DNA of 64,000 bases, taken from contig JAIVFI010000005.1 of NCBI GenBank assembly GCA_025558095.1, positions 124,001 to 188,000 of the forward strand, read 5' to 3'. A program made the position numbers and the translations under genes. A model generated the notes under the pieces. The model saw only the letters and a list, made by a program, of their open reading frames with translations, searched no databases and was not told the origin of the DNA. The number at the start of each line of letters is the position of its first letter. The stretch's first letter is position 1. The stretch is from Hyaloraphidium curvatum SAG 235-1 (Eukaryota > Fungi > Monoblepharomycota). Positions 22,925-32,500 of this stretch are shown here, one piece after another.

Positions 22925-24728
22925 TTACATGATGTTCTTGTACACCTTCCCGTCCTTCACGATCATGGCGATGTTGTCCCTCGCGTTCTCCAGCAGCGAC
23001 ACGTCTTTCGTCGGGTCCCCGTTGACGACGAGCAGGTCGGCCAGGTACCCCTCCCTGATCTCGCCGAAGCGGCCGTAGGGGTTCAGCGGGCCGCAGGCCA
23101 TGATCTGCGCCGCCGTGATCGAGGTCGCCTGGCGGAGGACCTCGACGCTGGGGAAGTGCTGGGCGCGGAGGGTGAACTCCTTGGACTGCCACTTGTTGGC
23201 GTCGTTTTGGAGGATCAAATCCTGGTGGCAGGGACGGGGCCGACGGGAAAGAGGGAGCGAACGGATGACAGCTACGTTAGGAGACGGGGGCCAGACAAGA
23301 GCCGGGCCACCGCACCGTTCCGAAACCGAGCGGGATGTCGTACTTCTTCACGAGCTCCATGAACTTGGGGATGTTGTCGTAGATCTCCTTGCCCTTGCCT
23401 GTCGCGGTCGGATCCGTTCCGTAGTCCGCCCAGAAGTTCACGATCTCGGTCTCCAGGCTGACGTTGTTCTGCTTGATGAGCGCCATGATCTCGTCCGTGG
23501 CCAGGTTGCCGTGGAGGACTGCGCGATCGCAACGGTGCGGGAAATCAGCTGGGCCTCGAAGCAGGCCGTGCCGACTCACTCTGCTTGACACCTGCCTCGA
23601 TGGCTTGCCTCATTGAGTTCTCCGTGTATGCGTGTACCATGACGTACGTGCCCCCTGGTTGCTGAAGTCAGAGGCCGCGGTCGTGCGTCGATCATGCAGC
23701 ACGAGTCAACACGCACAGTTCTTTGCCGCAGCGACCGCGGCCTTCATCTCCTCCAGCGTTCCCTGCGTCGTGAAGAGGGAATCGAAGTTCGAGCTCACCC
23801 CTCCGCCGGCGGCCAGCTTGATCTGGGTCGCGCCGCGCTTGAGGTTCTCGCGCGCCGCCCACAGGACGCTGGCGGCCCCGTCGGCGATCGTCCCTAGGCC
23901 CTTCTGCTGCGCGCGGTCCTTCATGGAAGTGTCGCCGTAGGTGAGCGGGAACGGCGGCAGGAAGTCGGCGTGGCCCGAGGTCTGGCTGATCATGGCGCCC
24001 GAGGGGAAGACGCGGGGCCCGATGATGGAACCTTCCGCCACGAGCTGCGCGATGGAGCCGTCGGAGCCCGCGGCGTCGCGTACGGTCGTATAGCCGCGCA
24101 TGAGCATGTCCTGGGCCACCTTTGCCCCCCTGGACGGTAGGTCAGCGGGGTCGTAGCAGGAACCGGTGGGGCGCCCCACCAGACCCCGATCTGCCAGTCC
24201 GAGGAAAACATGAGCACTTGCGCCGGCTTTGACGACATCAGCAGGTGCACGTGGCCGTCGATGAGGCCGGGGATAAGGGTGCGTCCGCTGCCGAGGGCAC
24301 GTCAAGGATGGGTAGGGAGTCGTAACGTGCGCCTCGGTGGGGCGGCCCGCACGCACTCCGACACACGCACATGTTTGCCAGATCAATGACCCACGCGCCG
24401 GCGGGCGCTTGGAGGCGCGATGCCGACACGTTCGCGATCCTGCGGCCGACGACCAGCACGTCGACGCCGTCGCGGGCTCGCGGCCGTCGAACACGCGCGT
24501 GTTGCGGAACAGCAAGCCGGCGGCCGGCGGCGCAGTGATCTGCGGCGCGCCCAGGTGCGGCGGCGGCTGCACGGCCTGGCGGGGGACGATGCGGGGCGCG
24601 GCGAGCGGCGCGAAGATGGCCGCGTGCGCGTCGTCGTCGGCAGCCGCCCGCGGGTGCGGGTGCGGCAGGGCGAGCGCCGCGGGGAGCAGCAGAGCCGCGA
24701 GCAGCGCAGACACCAGTCGGCGCGCCAT
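22925..24728 (-). CDS. Secreted metal-dependent amidohydrolase (Xaa-Pro dipeptidase-like), multi-intron, with an apparent frameshift near 24478
   Basis: Signal peptide; PGLIDGHVHL; GYTTVRDAAG; ISQTSGHADF; QIKLAAGGGVSS; VMVHAYT; GEIREGYLADLLVVNGDP; IVKDGKVYKN. Confidence 0.8.
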
Positions 24729-25301
24729 CGGACCGCCCTTGTGACGGATTGCGCGTGCTTCGCGGGTGCTGGCCCTTGAACCCTAAGGTCAATTTCTCCC
24801 GGAACAGGAAACAGGCGAGAAACCGACACAGACTCCTCCTGAGTCCCCAGGTAGTGCCTCACAGGAGTTGGATGGATTCCCGAAGAAGTTATTCCGTGGG
24901 CTTGCCGGCTTGCGGGCGTACGCTGGAACGAGTTGGTCTCGCGTGCCGTGGCTGTGCAATTACGTAGGCGCCTTAGGCGTGCATCAACTACCTCCTCTCC
25001 CGTCCAACGTTATGGGACCGCGTTCGGCGTGTGAGGAAACAGAGCTGCTGCCACACGCTTCCGGCTCAGTTACATGCCGCGCATTTCCTTTCCAGGCAGC
25101 GTCGTCTCCCACCCGGTTGTCTACCGCTGCTGACTGCGGGCTTTCCGCGAACCCCCGACCGAGGTTTTCGGGCCTAAAGACGGCCCTTGCCAACCACAGA
25201 CGACCCTCCAGACTGATCGAAAAGGGCAGTGCGGGACGCGCCGCACGCTTCCCTCGCGCGGCAGCCCTCCGAGCCCCGCACCGTGCCGCACGCATACCCG
25301 G

Positions 25302-26801
25302 TCAAGGCCCCCTCCCTTCCCTCCCCTCCATCCACATCTCCAGCATCCTCACCCCCCACGCGACCCCGAAACCCGTCTGCTCCGTCCCGATCGCGCCCAA
25401 CCCGTCCTCGCACGCCGCCGCGGACAGGTCGGCGTGCACCCACGGCCTGCCTCCGACGAAGCGCGAGAGGAACCGCGCGGCGAGGATGTGGTCCGGGTCG
25501 TCCTCGCCGGCGGAGCACTGCTTGACGTCCGCCGAGTCAGAGTCGAGGAGGGTGTCGTAGTCGTCGTCGAAGGGGAAGGCGGTCACCCGCTCGCCCGACT
25601 GGATACCGGCGTCGACGGCCAGCGCGGCCAAGTGGGGATCGCTGGCAAATATCCCGGAGCGGCGGTACCCGAGCGCGGCGATCATCCCGTAGGTCAGCGT
25701 GGCAAAGTCCACCACCAGATCGGGCTTACTCCTGCACGCCAGCGCGAGCGCGTCGGCCAGCGCCAAGCGGCCCTCGGCGTCGGTGTCGACGATCTCGACG
25801 GTGGTCCCGTTGCACGCGCGGACGACGTCCCCGGGGCGCATGGCACGCGGGGACAGGTCGTTGTCCGCGATCGCGAGCCACGCGTCGATGCGCAGGGGCA
25901 GCGCGAGCTCCGAGGCGGCGTGGATGACCCCGAGGACGGCGGCGGAACCGCCCATGTCCTCGTGCATGCCGCGCATGTCCTCGCCGGGCTTGATATTGTG
26001 CCCCCCGACGTCGAAGCAGATCCCCTTGCCGACCAGCGCCACGCTACCCTTTGGCGGGGCTTTGGGGACGTACGACAGCCTGACGATGCACGCGTCGCGG
26101 TGCTCGCTGCCCTTGGCGACGGCGAGGAAGCACCCCGCGCCCATCCTCGCCAGCCGCTCGGCGTCGAACACTTCCAGCCCCCACCCCTTCTCCCCCGCCA
26201 GCTCCGCCGCGCGGGCGCGGTACGCCGCCGGGCCGAGCTCGGCGTGGGGGAGGGCGGTCAGGGAGCGGCAGAGGTGGTTGGCGGCCGCCAGCGCGGCGGC
26301 GCGGGCGGGCCGGCAGGGGACGGCCCAGAGCTTGAGCTCCTTCAGGGGGAGGGGGAAGTCGCTGGCCTTGCGGTGCGGGAGCGGGGCACCGTTGGCAAGG
26401 CCCACGTATGCGGCCATTTCGCCGGCGTCGGGGATCTGGGAGAGGACGACGGCGTCGATCCGGGATGGGTCCTCCTCCAGCAGGAGGGAAAAGGCCTCCC
26501 GAAGGGTGGTGAGGTTGTGGAAGGCGTCCTTGGAAGGGTCCAGCGCGGTCCACACACGCAGCCCGCCGTTGCCCGCGGTGGCCTGCACCGGGTCCTCGGA
26601 CAGCTCGGCCGGCTTGGCTTTGCGCCTGCGGAGGACGCCGCGGAGCACGTCACCATCGGGGCAGTCGCCGGGGACTTCATCAGAGACGTCGAGAACGGTC
26701 AGGACGTGCGTGAGCGGGGCGAGATCCGAGGGGGAGGGAGGCCCGGGGGAGTGGAGAAGCACGGCGACGGAGGAGTGCGTGGAAGCGTCGGCGGGCGGCA
26801 T
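25302..26801 (-). CDS. M17 leucyl aminopeptidase family protein, intronless
   Basis: LVGKGICFDVGG, MHEDMGGSAAV, DTDAEGRLALAD, DFATLT, PWVHADL. Confidence 0.92.
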   Translation of the reverse strand: MPPADASTHSSVAVLLHSPGPPSPSDLAPLTHVLTVLDVSDEVPGDCPDGDVLRGVLRRRKAKPAELSEDPVQATAGNGGLRVWTALDPSKDAFHNLTTLREAFSLLLEEDPSRIDAVVLSQIPDAGEMAAYVGLANGAPLPHRKASDFPLPLKELKLWAVPCRPARAAALAAANHLCRSLTALPHAELGPAAYRARAAELAGEKGWGLEVFDAERLARMGAGCFLAVAKGSEHRDACIVRLSYVPKAPPKGSVALVGKGICFDVGGHNIKPGEDMRGMHEDMGGSAAVLGVIHAASELALPLRIDAWLAIADNDLSPRAMRPGDVVRACNGTTVEIVDTDAEGRLALADALALACRSKPDLVVDFATLTYGMIAALGYRRSGIFASDPHLAALAVDAGIQSGERVTAFPFDDDYDTLLDSDSADVKQCSAGEDDPDHILAARFLSRFVGGRPWVHADLSAAACEDGLGAIGTEQTGFGVAWGVRMLEMWMEGREGRGP

Positions 26802-27000
26802 CGCGGGGGTGTTGGAGCCGGGAACTTAAGAGTGCCAAAGAAGCGGAGCCAGAGAGCAATAGAGACACTCCTATTGACTTTCTGAGCCCGGCGAGACGGA
26901 GCGGGGAGTTATTGGTGGAAGGGAGACGACGATCGCGATCGGGCGGGCGCTGTGCGAACCAACTGTTTACGGGGGCTGCCTCCCCCCGGCGCCGTCCGGC

Positions 27001-29823
27001 ATGCCGCGGCTCCGCCCGTGCTTCCGGCCGTTAGGACTGCTGCTCTTCGCGGCGGCGGCGCTAGCGGTGTGGCTGCATTCGGGCGCGCCGTTGGACGCGT
27101 CTGCAGGCAGCGACCGCCCAGGACGGCCCATCGTAGTCGACTACGCCGGCCGTCGGGCCGCGGACGCCTCGGAGGGGCCAGGTCGGACACGGAACCCGCG
27201 GGCCGACGAGGAACTGCGCGCGCTGAGGGCCGCCGCGCGGAAGCAGGCCGGTCGGCGGACCCGGAAGCGGCCGCCGGCCGAGGACGAAGGGGCCGGGTTG
27301 ACCGCTGGCGATGAACACAGGGACGAGGCGCCGGAACCGGACGACTCGGGTGCAGAACGGACACAGGACGACCCTCTGACCACGGAGAACGAGCACGCGT
27401 CCGCGGACAACGGCAGCGAGCCCGCCCAGCCGGCCCACCGCCCGCGCCCCCGCCGCAAGAAGAACCCCCTCTCCCCACCCCCCTCCTCCCCCTCTCCACC
27501 CCCTCCCGCCCCGCCTCCCCCTCCTTCTGCTCCTACCTCCCGCCCCTGTCGCTTCCCTTACCTCGCCGTGGCCCTCAAAACCGGGCGCTCCGTCGCCCGC
27601 GCGCGGCTGCCCCCCGTGCTGGCGACCTGGGCGCGGGACCTGTGCCACCTCGCCCTGCTGACCGATTCAAACGGGCAGCTGGACGCGAGCGTTGTGCAGA
27701 AGGGGTACAAGGGTGAGTTCAACGAGGCCGGGACGGGCGAGGCGCGCTTGGGCACCGGGGCGCGGGACTTTCTCGTGGAGCTGGGGGGGAGGGAGTTTCG
27801 CGCCTACGACGTCGTGGGAGGGCTGTACGACGAGTACGAAGGCGGGGATCCCGATGCGGATCCGGTGCGGGTGCGGGCGATGGAGGTGCGGTGGCGGGAC
27901 AGGTGGATGCCCGGGGAGTGGGAGCGGGCGGAAGGGGAGGGGGACAAGAGGGAGGGTGAATTCCTGGAGAAGAGGAGGGCGGAAAGGAGGAAGGAGAGAG
28001 AGGAGAAGGAACGGAAGGCGAGGGAGGAGGAGCGGGGGAAGGGGGACGGTGAGGGCGAGGGTGTGAAGGTGCAGCGGGACGCCGGGGAGCAGCCTTTGCC
28101 GGGCACTGGCCCCGACACGGGCGGCAGCAGCAGCGCGGTGGACGACCCGCCGAGGGACAAGGAGCCCGAGGTGGAGATCCCCAAGGGCGACTCGACGCCC
28201 ATCGGCGAGGACGAGCCCAGGCTGGAAGGACAGGGTGAGACGGTGCGGTCCGCCGATCCCGACGAGGAATTGGATGACAGGACGGCGGATGAGAGCGAGG
28301 GTGGGGAAGCGGAGGAGGAGGCGGAAGCGGAACAGCCGCGCCGCGGGATGAGGCGGATCGGGCGGCGAAACCGGCATCGGAAGGACCACATGCCGCGAAG
28401 GCGGAGATTGCTCCGGCGCGAGGGGGCAGTCGAGCGGCCGCGCCGCGTTCGCCGCCTCCGGACTCGGCCGCGCCGACAGCTGCTTTTGGAACGCGTTCTG
28501 CCGCCCCGAAAGCTGCTGCCGGACAGGGAGCTGAAACCGCGGCGCCGATCGCCTTCCGAGTCATCACTCCACCGTCGGCATCGACCTCGCCGGCAACGCC
28601 GGCGCCGCCTGACGAAGCGCGGCACGGGCGGCACCTACAAAGGCTGGGCCTCGGACGCGGAAAAGAACCTCCCCGCCTTTGTCGAGCTCTGGAACCGCTT
28701 CCCCGACGCCAAGTGGTACCTCATGGTCGACGACGACGCCTACCCCTTCCTCGCCTCCCTGTGGCGGCACCTCGAATCGCACTACGACGCCTCGGAAGTG
28801 CACTACATCGGCAAAGCGTTCCAGTTCACGGGCTGCCACTGGGAGCCCCGCGCCGACGACCGCGTGAAGGAGCTCTACTTTGCCTCGGGCGGCGCGGGGA
28901 TCGTGCTCTCCCGCGGCGCGATGCTGGCCGCGCTGCCGCTCGCGCGGCTGGGGGTGCAGCTGACAAAGGGGTGCTGGGCCGGCGACGCGCGGGTGGCGAT
29001 CTGGCTTTACGAGGCCCGCGCGAGGCTGGAATGGCCGTGGCAGGTGGGGGGGAGGATGCACGTCGGGCCGCAGGGGCCCTGGCATTCCTTCGGAAGGGCG
29101 TGCGATCCCGTACTGACGTACCATCTGGTGCCGCCGGACAAGTACCCGAGGATCGGGGCGGTGGAGCGGTCGCCGGCCTCGGGTGGCGGGCACGTGACCA
29201 ACGCGGACATGTGGCACGTGTTCTGGGACCGCGCAGGGGAGGAGCTGCTGGGGCTCGAAGGCAGGGTGGACAGGGACACGGGCCGCGGGGGAATGGATTT
29301 CCTGGAGCTGTCGCCGGCACCCGAGGGCGGCACGGTGGACGATTTCGGCGAGGCGGCGGAGGAGGACCTGGCCGACCTGCTCGAGGGCACGTACAACAAG
29401 CCGCATCTCACGGACAAGGTGCGGCGAGGGCTCAACGCCACGGGGCTGGACCCGCGGACGCCCATGTACAGGAAGGCCGCGCTCGCGCTGCGGTGCATGG
29501 AGGCATGCCACGCCCTCGACCGGGTCACGGACATCCCGGCGGCGGTGGCGGTCCCCCCGCGCCCCGTGGACGCGTTCCACGGGCGCGTTGCCAAGCCGGC
29601 GAACCTGCTGGACAACCGGTCGTCGCGGTTCGGCCCGTGCACGCAGTGGACGCTGGCGCCCAACGGCGCGTGCTGGCTCAAGTCGGGGTTCTCGCAGCCG
29701 GGCGCGGCGGGGGGGCACTGGAGCGGGATCGTGGATGGGGCGCTGGAGCGGTATGCGGCGGTTGGGAAGGATCGGGCGGCGGGGGCGCTGTGCGGGTGGG
29801 ACGCGGGGGTCCGGGACGGTTGA
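27001..29823 (+). CDS. GT31 (Fringe/C1GalT-like) glycosyltransferase with a large charged insertion and a C-terminal PAN/apple-like Cys module
   Basis: Signal anchor; VALKTG...TW; GWASDAEKNLP; KWYLMVDDDAY; FASGGAGIVLSRGA; AGDARVA; CTQWT...CWLK. Confidence 0.8.
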   Translation: MPRLRPCFRPLGLLLFAAAALAVWLHSGAPLDASAGSDRPGRPIVVDYAGRRAADASEGPGRTRNPRADEELRALRAAARKQAGRRTRKRPPAEDEGAGLTAGDEHRDEAPEPDDSGAERTQDDPLTTENEHASADNGSEPAQPAHRPRPRRKKNPLSPPPSSPSPPPPAPPPPPSAPTSRPCRFPYLAVALKTGRSVARARLPPVLATWARDLCHLALLTDSNGQLDASVVQKGYKGEFNEAGTGEARLGTGARDFLVELGGREFRAYDVVGGLYDEYEGGDPDADPVRVRAMEVRWRDRWMPGEWERAEGEGDKREGEFLEKRRAERRKEREEKERKAREEERGKGDGEGEGVKVQRDAGEQPLPGTGPDTGGSSSAVDDPPRDKEPEVEIPKGDSTPIGEDEPRLEGQGETVRSADPDEELDDRTADESEGGEAEEEAEAEQPRRGMRRIGRRNRHRKDHMPRRRRLLRREGAVERPRRVRRLRTRPRRQLLLERVLPPRKLLPDRELKPRRRSPSESSLHRRHRPRRQRRRRLTKRGTGGTYKGWASDAEKNLPAFVELWNRFPDAKWYLMVDDDAYPFLASLWRHLESHYDASEVHYIGKAFQFTGCHWEPRADDRVKELYFASGGAGIVLSRGAMLAALPLARLGVQLTKGCWAGDARVAIWLYEARARLEWPWQVGGRMHVGPQGPWHSFGRACDPVLTYHLVPPDKYPRIGAVERSPASGGGHVTNADMWHVFWDRAGEELLGLEGRVDRDTGRGGMDFLELSPAPEGGTVDDFGEAAEEDLADLLEGTYNKPHLTDKVRRGLNATGLDPRTPMYRKAALALRCMEACHALDRVTDIPAAVAVPPRPVDAFHGRVAKPANLLDNRSSRFGPCTQWTLAPNGACWLKSGFSQPGAAGGHWSGIVDGALERYAAVGKDRAAGALCGWDAGVRDG

Positions 29824-29939
29824 GACGGCGCTTGATGTCTTGGTCGGACTCTGCGTCACGCCTGGAATACACGATGTTGGGGTGAGGCGGCGTACGATAC
29901 GGGCTGCACTGTGCTTCCGTGCTACACTCGGGGACCCAG

Positions 29940-30491
29940 TCAAAGTTCGATTTCGCGATTCTGGTCTGCCGAAGACGACCTGTCCCTCCTCGCATGCTCC
30001 TTCCCACGGACCCCCGCGCTTTTCAGAAACATCGCCACGGCACCCGGATGCGGCGAGACGACCGTTTCGGCGAACCTGGTGAGCCTCGCCTCGTCCCCGC
30101 CCAGAACCACCGCAGCGATCGCGCCCAGCGCCCCCGCCAGCGGCCAATGCGGCCCGCACTGCCTCCCGAGAACGCACTTCGCCAGCATCTCCATCCCCTT
30201 TCCCCCATCGGATCCGGCCCCGGCGTCCAGTAGCGCGTCCCCGAAGTCCCTCCAGTCCTCCTTCCGCATCGCCCGGCCGGTCCTGTAGATGGCCGTCCAA
30301 TTGGCTTCGTACACGGCCCTCCTCAATTCATTGAACGCTCCGGCTGCGAGCAAGGCCCGCACGCGGTGGCGGACCGCGACCCGGGCACAGGGCACGAGGC
30401 ACCCGCACGCGCGGCCGAGGAAGGCCAGGTCCGCGAGGGACAGGTGCTCCCCGACGAGGAGCAGGAGGTCGCCGTGGAGTCGGCAGAGCAT
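29940..30491 (-). CDS. Small F-box-like protein (paralog A)
   Basis: MLCRLHGDLLLLVGEHLSLADLAFLGRAC F-box-like N-terminus; paralog at 31811. Confidence 0.6.
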   Translation of the reverse strand: MLCRLHGDLLLLVGEHLSLADLAFLGRACGCLVPCARVAVRHRVRALLAAGAFNELRRAVYEANWTAIYRTGRAMRKEDWRDFGDALLDAGAGSDGGKGMEMLAKCVLGRQCGPHWPLAGALGAIAAVVLGGDEARLTRFAETVVSPHPGAVAMFLKSAGVRGKEHARRDRSSSADQNREIEL

Positions 30492-31810
30492 TCTCGGTGA
30501 ATGCGGAGGTTGGGGGTGTGTGGCCGGGGTCGGCGGACGCACCCGTGGCCTCCCTTGGCCAGGGTCTGGCCGTGGCAAAGATGGCCAGGAGCCTCCTGGC
30601 CCGCTCGGAACTGCAGGCCCCGCCACGGAGAACAAAACTCAGTCCGAATGGACGTCCTGCTCAGGGACCGAGGGCCTTATATCGGGAGCGGGCGATCGGA
30701 AGGACGAAGATTCCAGACCCAGGCCCGGAAACATCTTTCGGAACGCGACTTTTCCCACCGCACGTGACCGTCAGCATGCAATTCGGCGCAAAATCGGAAG
30801 CGATGGCGAGATTCTGGATCGGCAGGGGCATCTGCGGACGTGCCCCGCTACGAAATGGAGAAATGCCTCGCTCTACAGTTTGCCACGGCGGGACCGCGGC
30901 GCTTCCAGTGACCCGTTCCGGCGCCCGATCTTACATCCCGAGGCCCCTGCGCCTCTGCGTGCCATCTCCGTGCTCTAACGGACGGCCCCGTTGCCGGTAC
31001 TGCTTCCGGACGGCGGCGATGTTTTCGGGCGGACACGGAAACCTGTCCTTTGGCAGGTGGAACGGTCCTTTGTGTCGAGCCGGCTGCCTGGATGACGCAA
31101 CGCCGCCGCCCCGATGGGTTTGCGGAGCAAGCGGCGGCCGTAACGGGAGGAGTCGATCGGCTCGGTTGATGGGCGGAATGATTGGCGTGACGCCTGAAGA
31201 GCGGACGGGACTGGCCGACGGGAGAGTTCGGAGTATCGGGCTTGCTTGGAGAAGATGGATCGGCGCGTCCGGGGGATCCACACCCCGTCATCATCCATCA
31301 TCCGGCTCAGCAGAGTCCATGGGGCTCGATGTCGGCGTCCTGAGGTGGTCCGCGGCGACTTTAGCGGAAGATCGGCCCGGACGCGAGCCAGTCTCCGAGA
31401 CCGTCCCCCAAAGCCCCGACTGTTGCACGGCATTCCCGAGCACCTCCTGCGGCACCTGCGCAGCAAGCTATCCGAACACTTCCGGTTCGTAACGTAACTT
31501 CTCTTTCTTGGGAACTCCCTCGTTTCCGTTTCAGATGCCGGCGCGGCCGCCGGAAAGCACGCGATTCCGAACGTTCCACGGCCGAGCCCCTGGCTGAGCC
31601 GGAAAGTGGAACATTCTCTTTGCCGAAGCCCCGACGCCGATAACGGCGCCCGATCCCCGAAAAGCGGGGAGCTGTCCATCCGGACGTGAGCGTACGTTGC
31701 GGCCTCCCGGCCGGCGCCTCTTGTCGAACCCGTCAGCCGAGACGCCGTCAACCCGACCCCAGGCCAGTCAGCATCCCCTCAGACCGGAATCCCCCCGCAC
31801 CCCCAAAATA

Positions 31811-32427
31811 ATGCTCTGCCGCCTCCACACCGACCTCCTCCACCTCGTCTGCGCACACCTGCCCCCCGCGGACATCCTCTTCCTCGGCCGCGCGTGCGCC
31901 TGCCTCGCACCATGCGCTCGCGCCGCGCTCCGCCGCCGCGCCAGGGCGATTCTGGCCGCCGGGGCGTTCGACGAATTGAGGCGCGCCGTGTACGATGCCA
32001 ATTGGATGGCGATCTACAGGACCGGCCGCGCGATGCGCCGCGAGGATTGGAGGGAGGTCGGGGCCGGGGAAGCGCTGCTGCACGCGGGGGCGGGATCCTG
32101 TGACGGGGGAAAGGGGATGGAGATGCTGGCAAAATGCGTGCTGAGGAGGTACTCCGGCCCGCATTGGCCCCTCGCGGGCGCGCTGGGCGCGATCGCCGCG
32201 GTGGTTTTCGAAGGCGATGCCAAAGGCTGAGGGAGTTCGCGGAGGAGGCGGTCGCGCCGCATTCGGGTGCCGCGGCGGTGTTTCTGAAGGGTGCGGGGGT
32301 TTGCATCGACGGGAGTGGGAAGGACGGGACGTCCCAGGAAGCCGATGAGAAGGGAAAAGCAGAGCGGGCCGCTGCTGGACCGGGAACGCGCCAAAGCCCC
32401 GGCCGTGTGGAGTTGATGAAAATCTAG
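31811..32427 (+). pseudogene. Small F-box-like protein (paralog B, inverted), frameshifted at about 32222
   Basis: MLCRLHTDLLHLVCAHLPPADILFLGRAC; homology (RLREFAEEAVAPHSGAAAVFLKGAGV) continues in another frame after GDAKG*. Confidence 0.6.
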
Positions 32428-32500
32428 GATCGGTGGCTTCCGAACTCGGCCAATCCGGACCCGAACTGCCAGGTGTCGATCGCGGCGGCCGTCGGCAACC

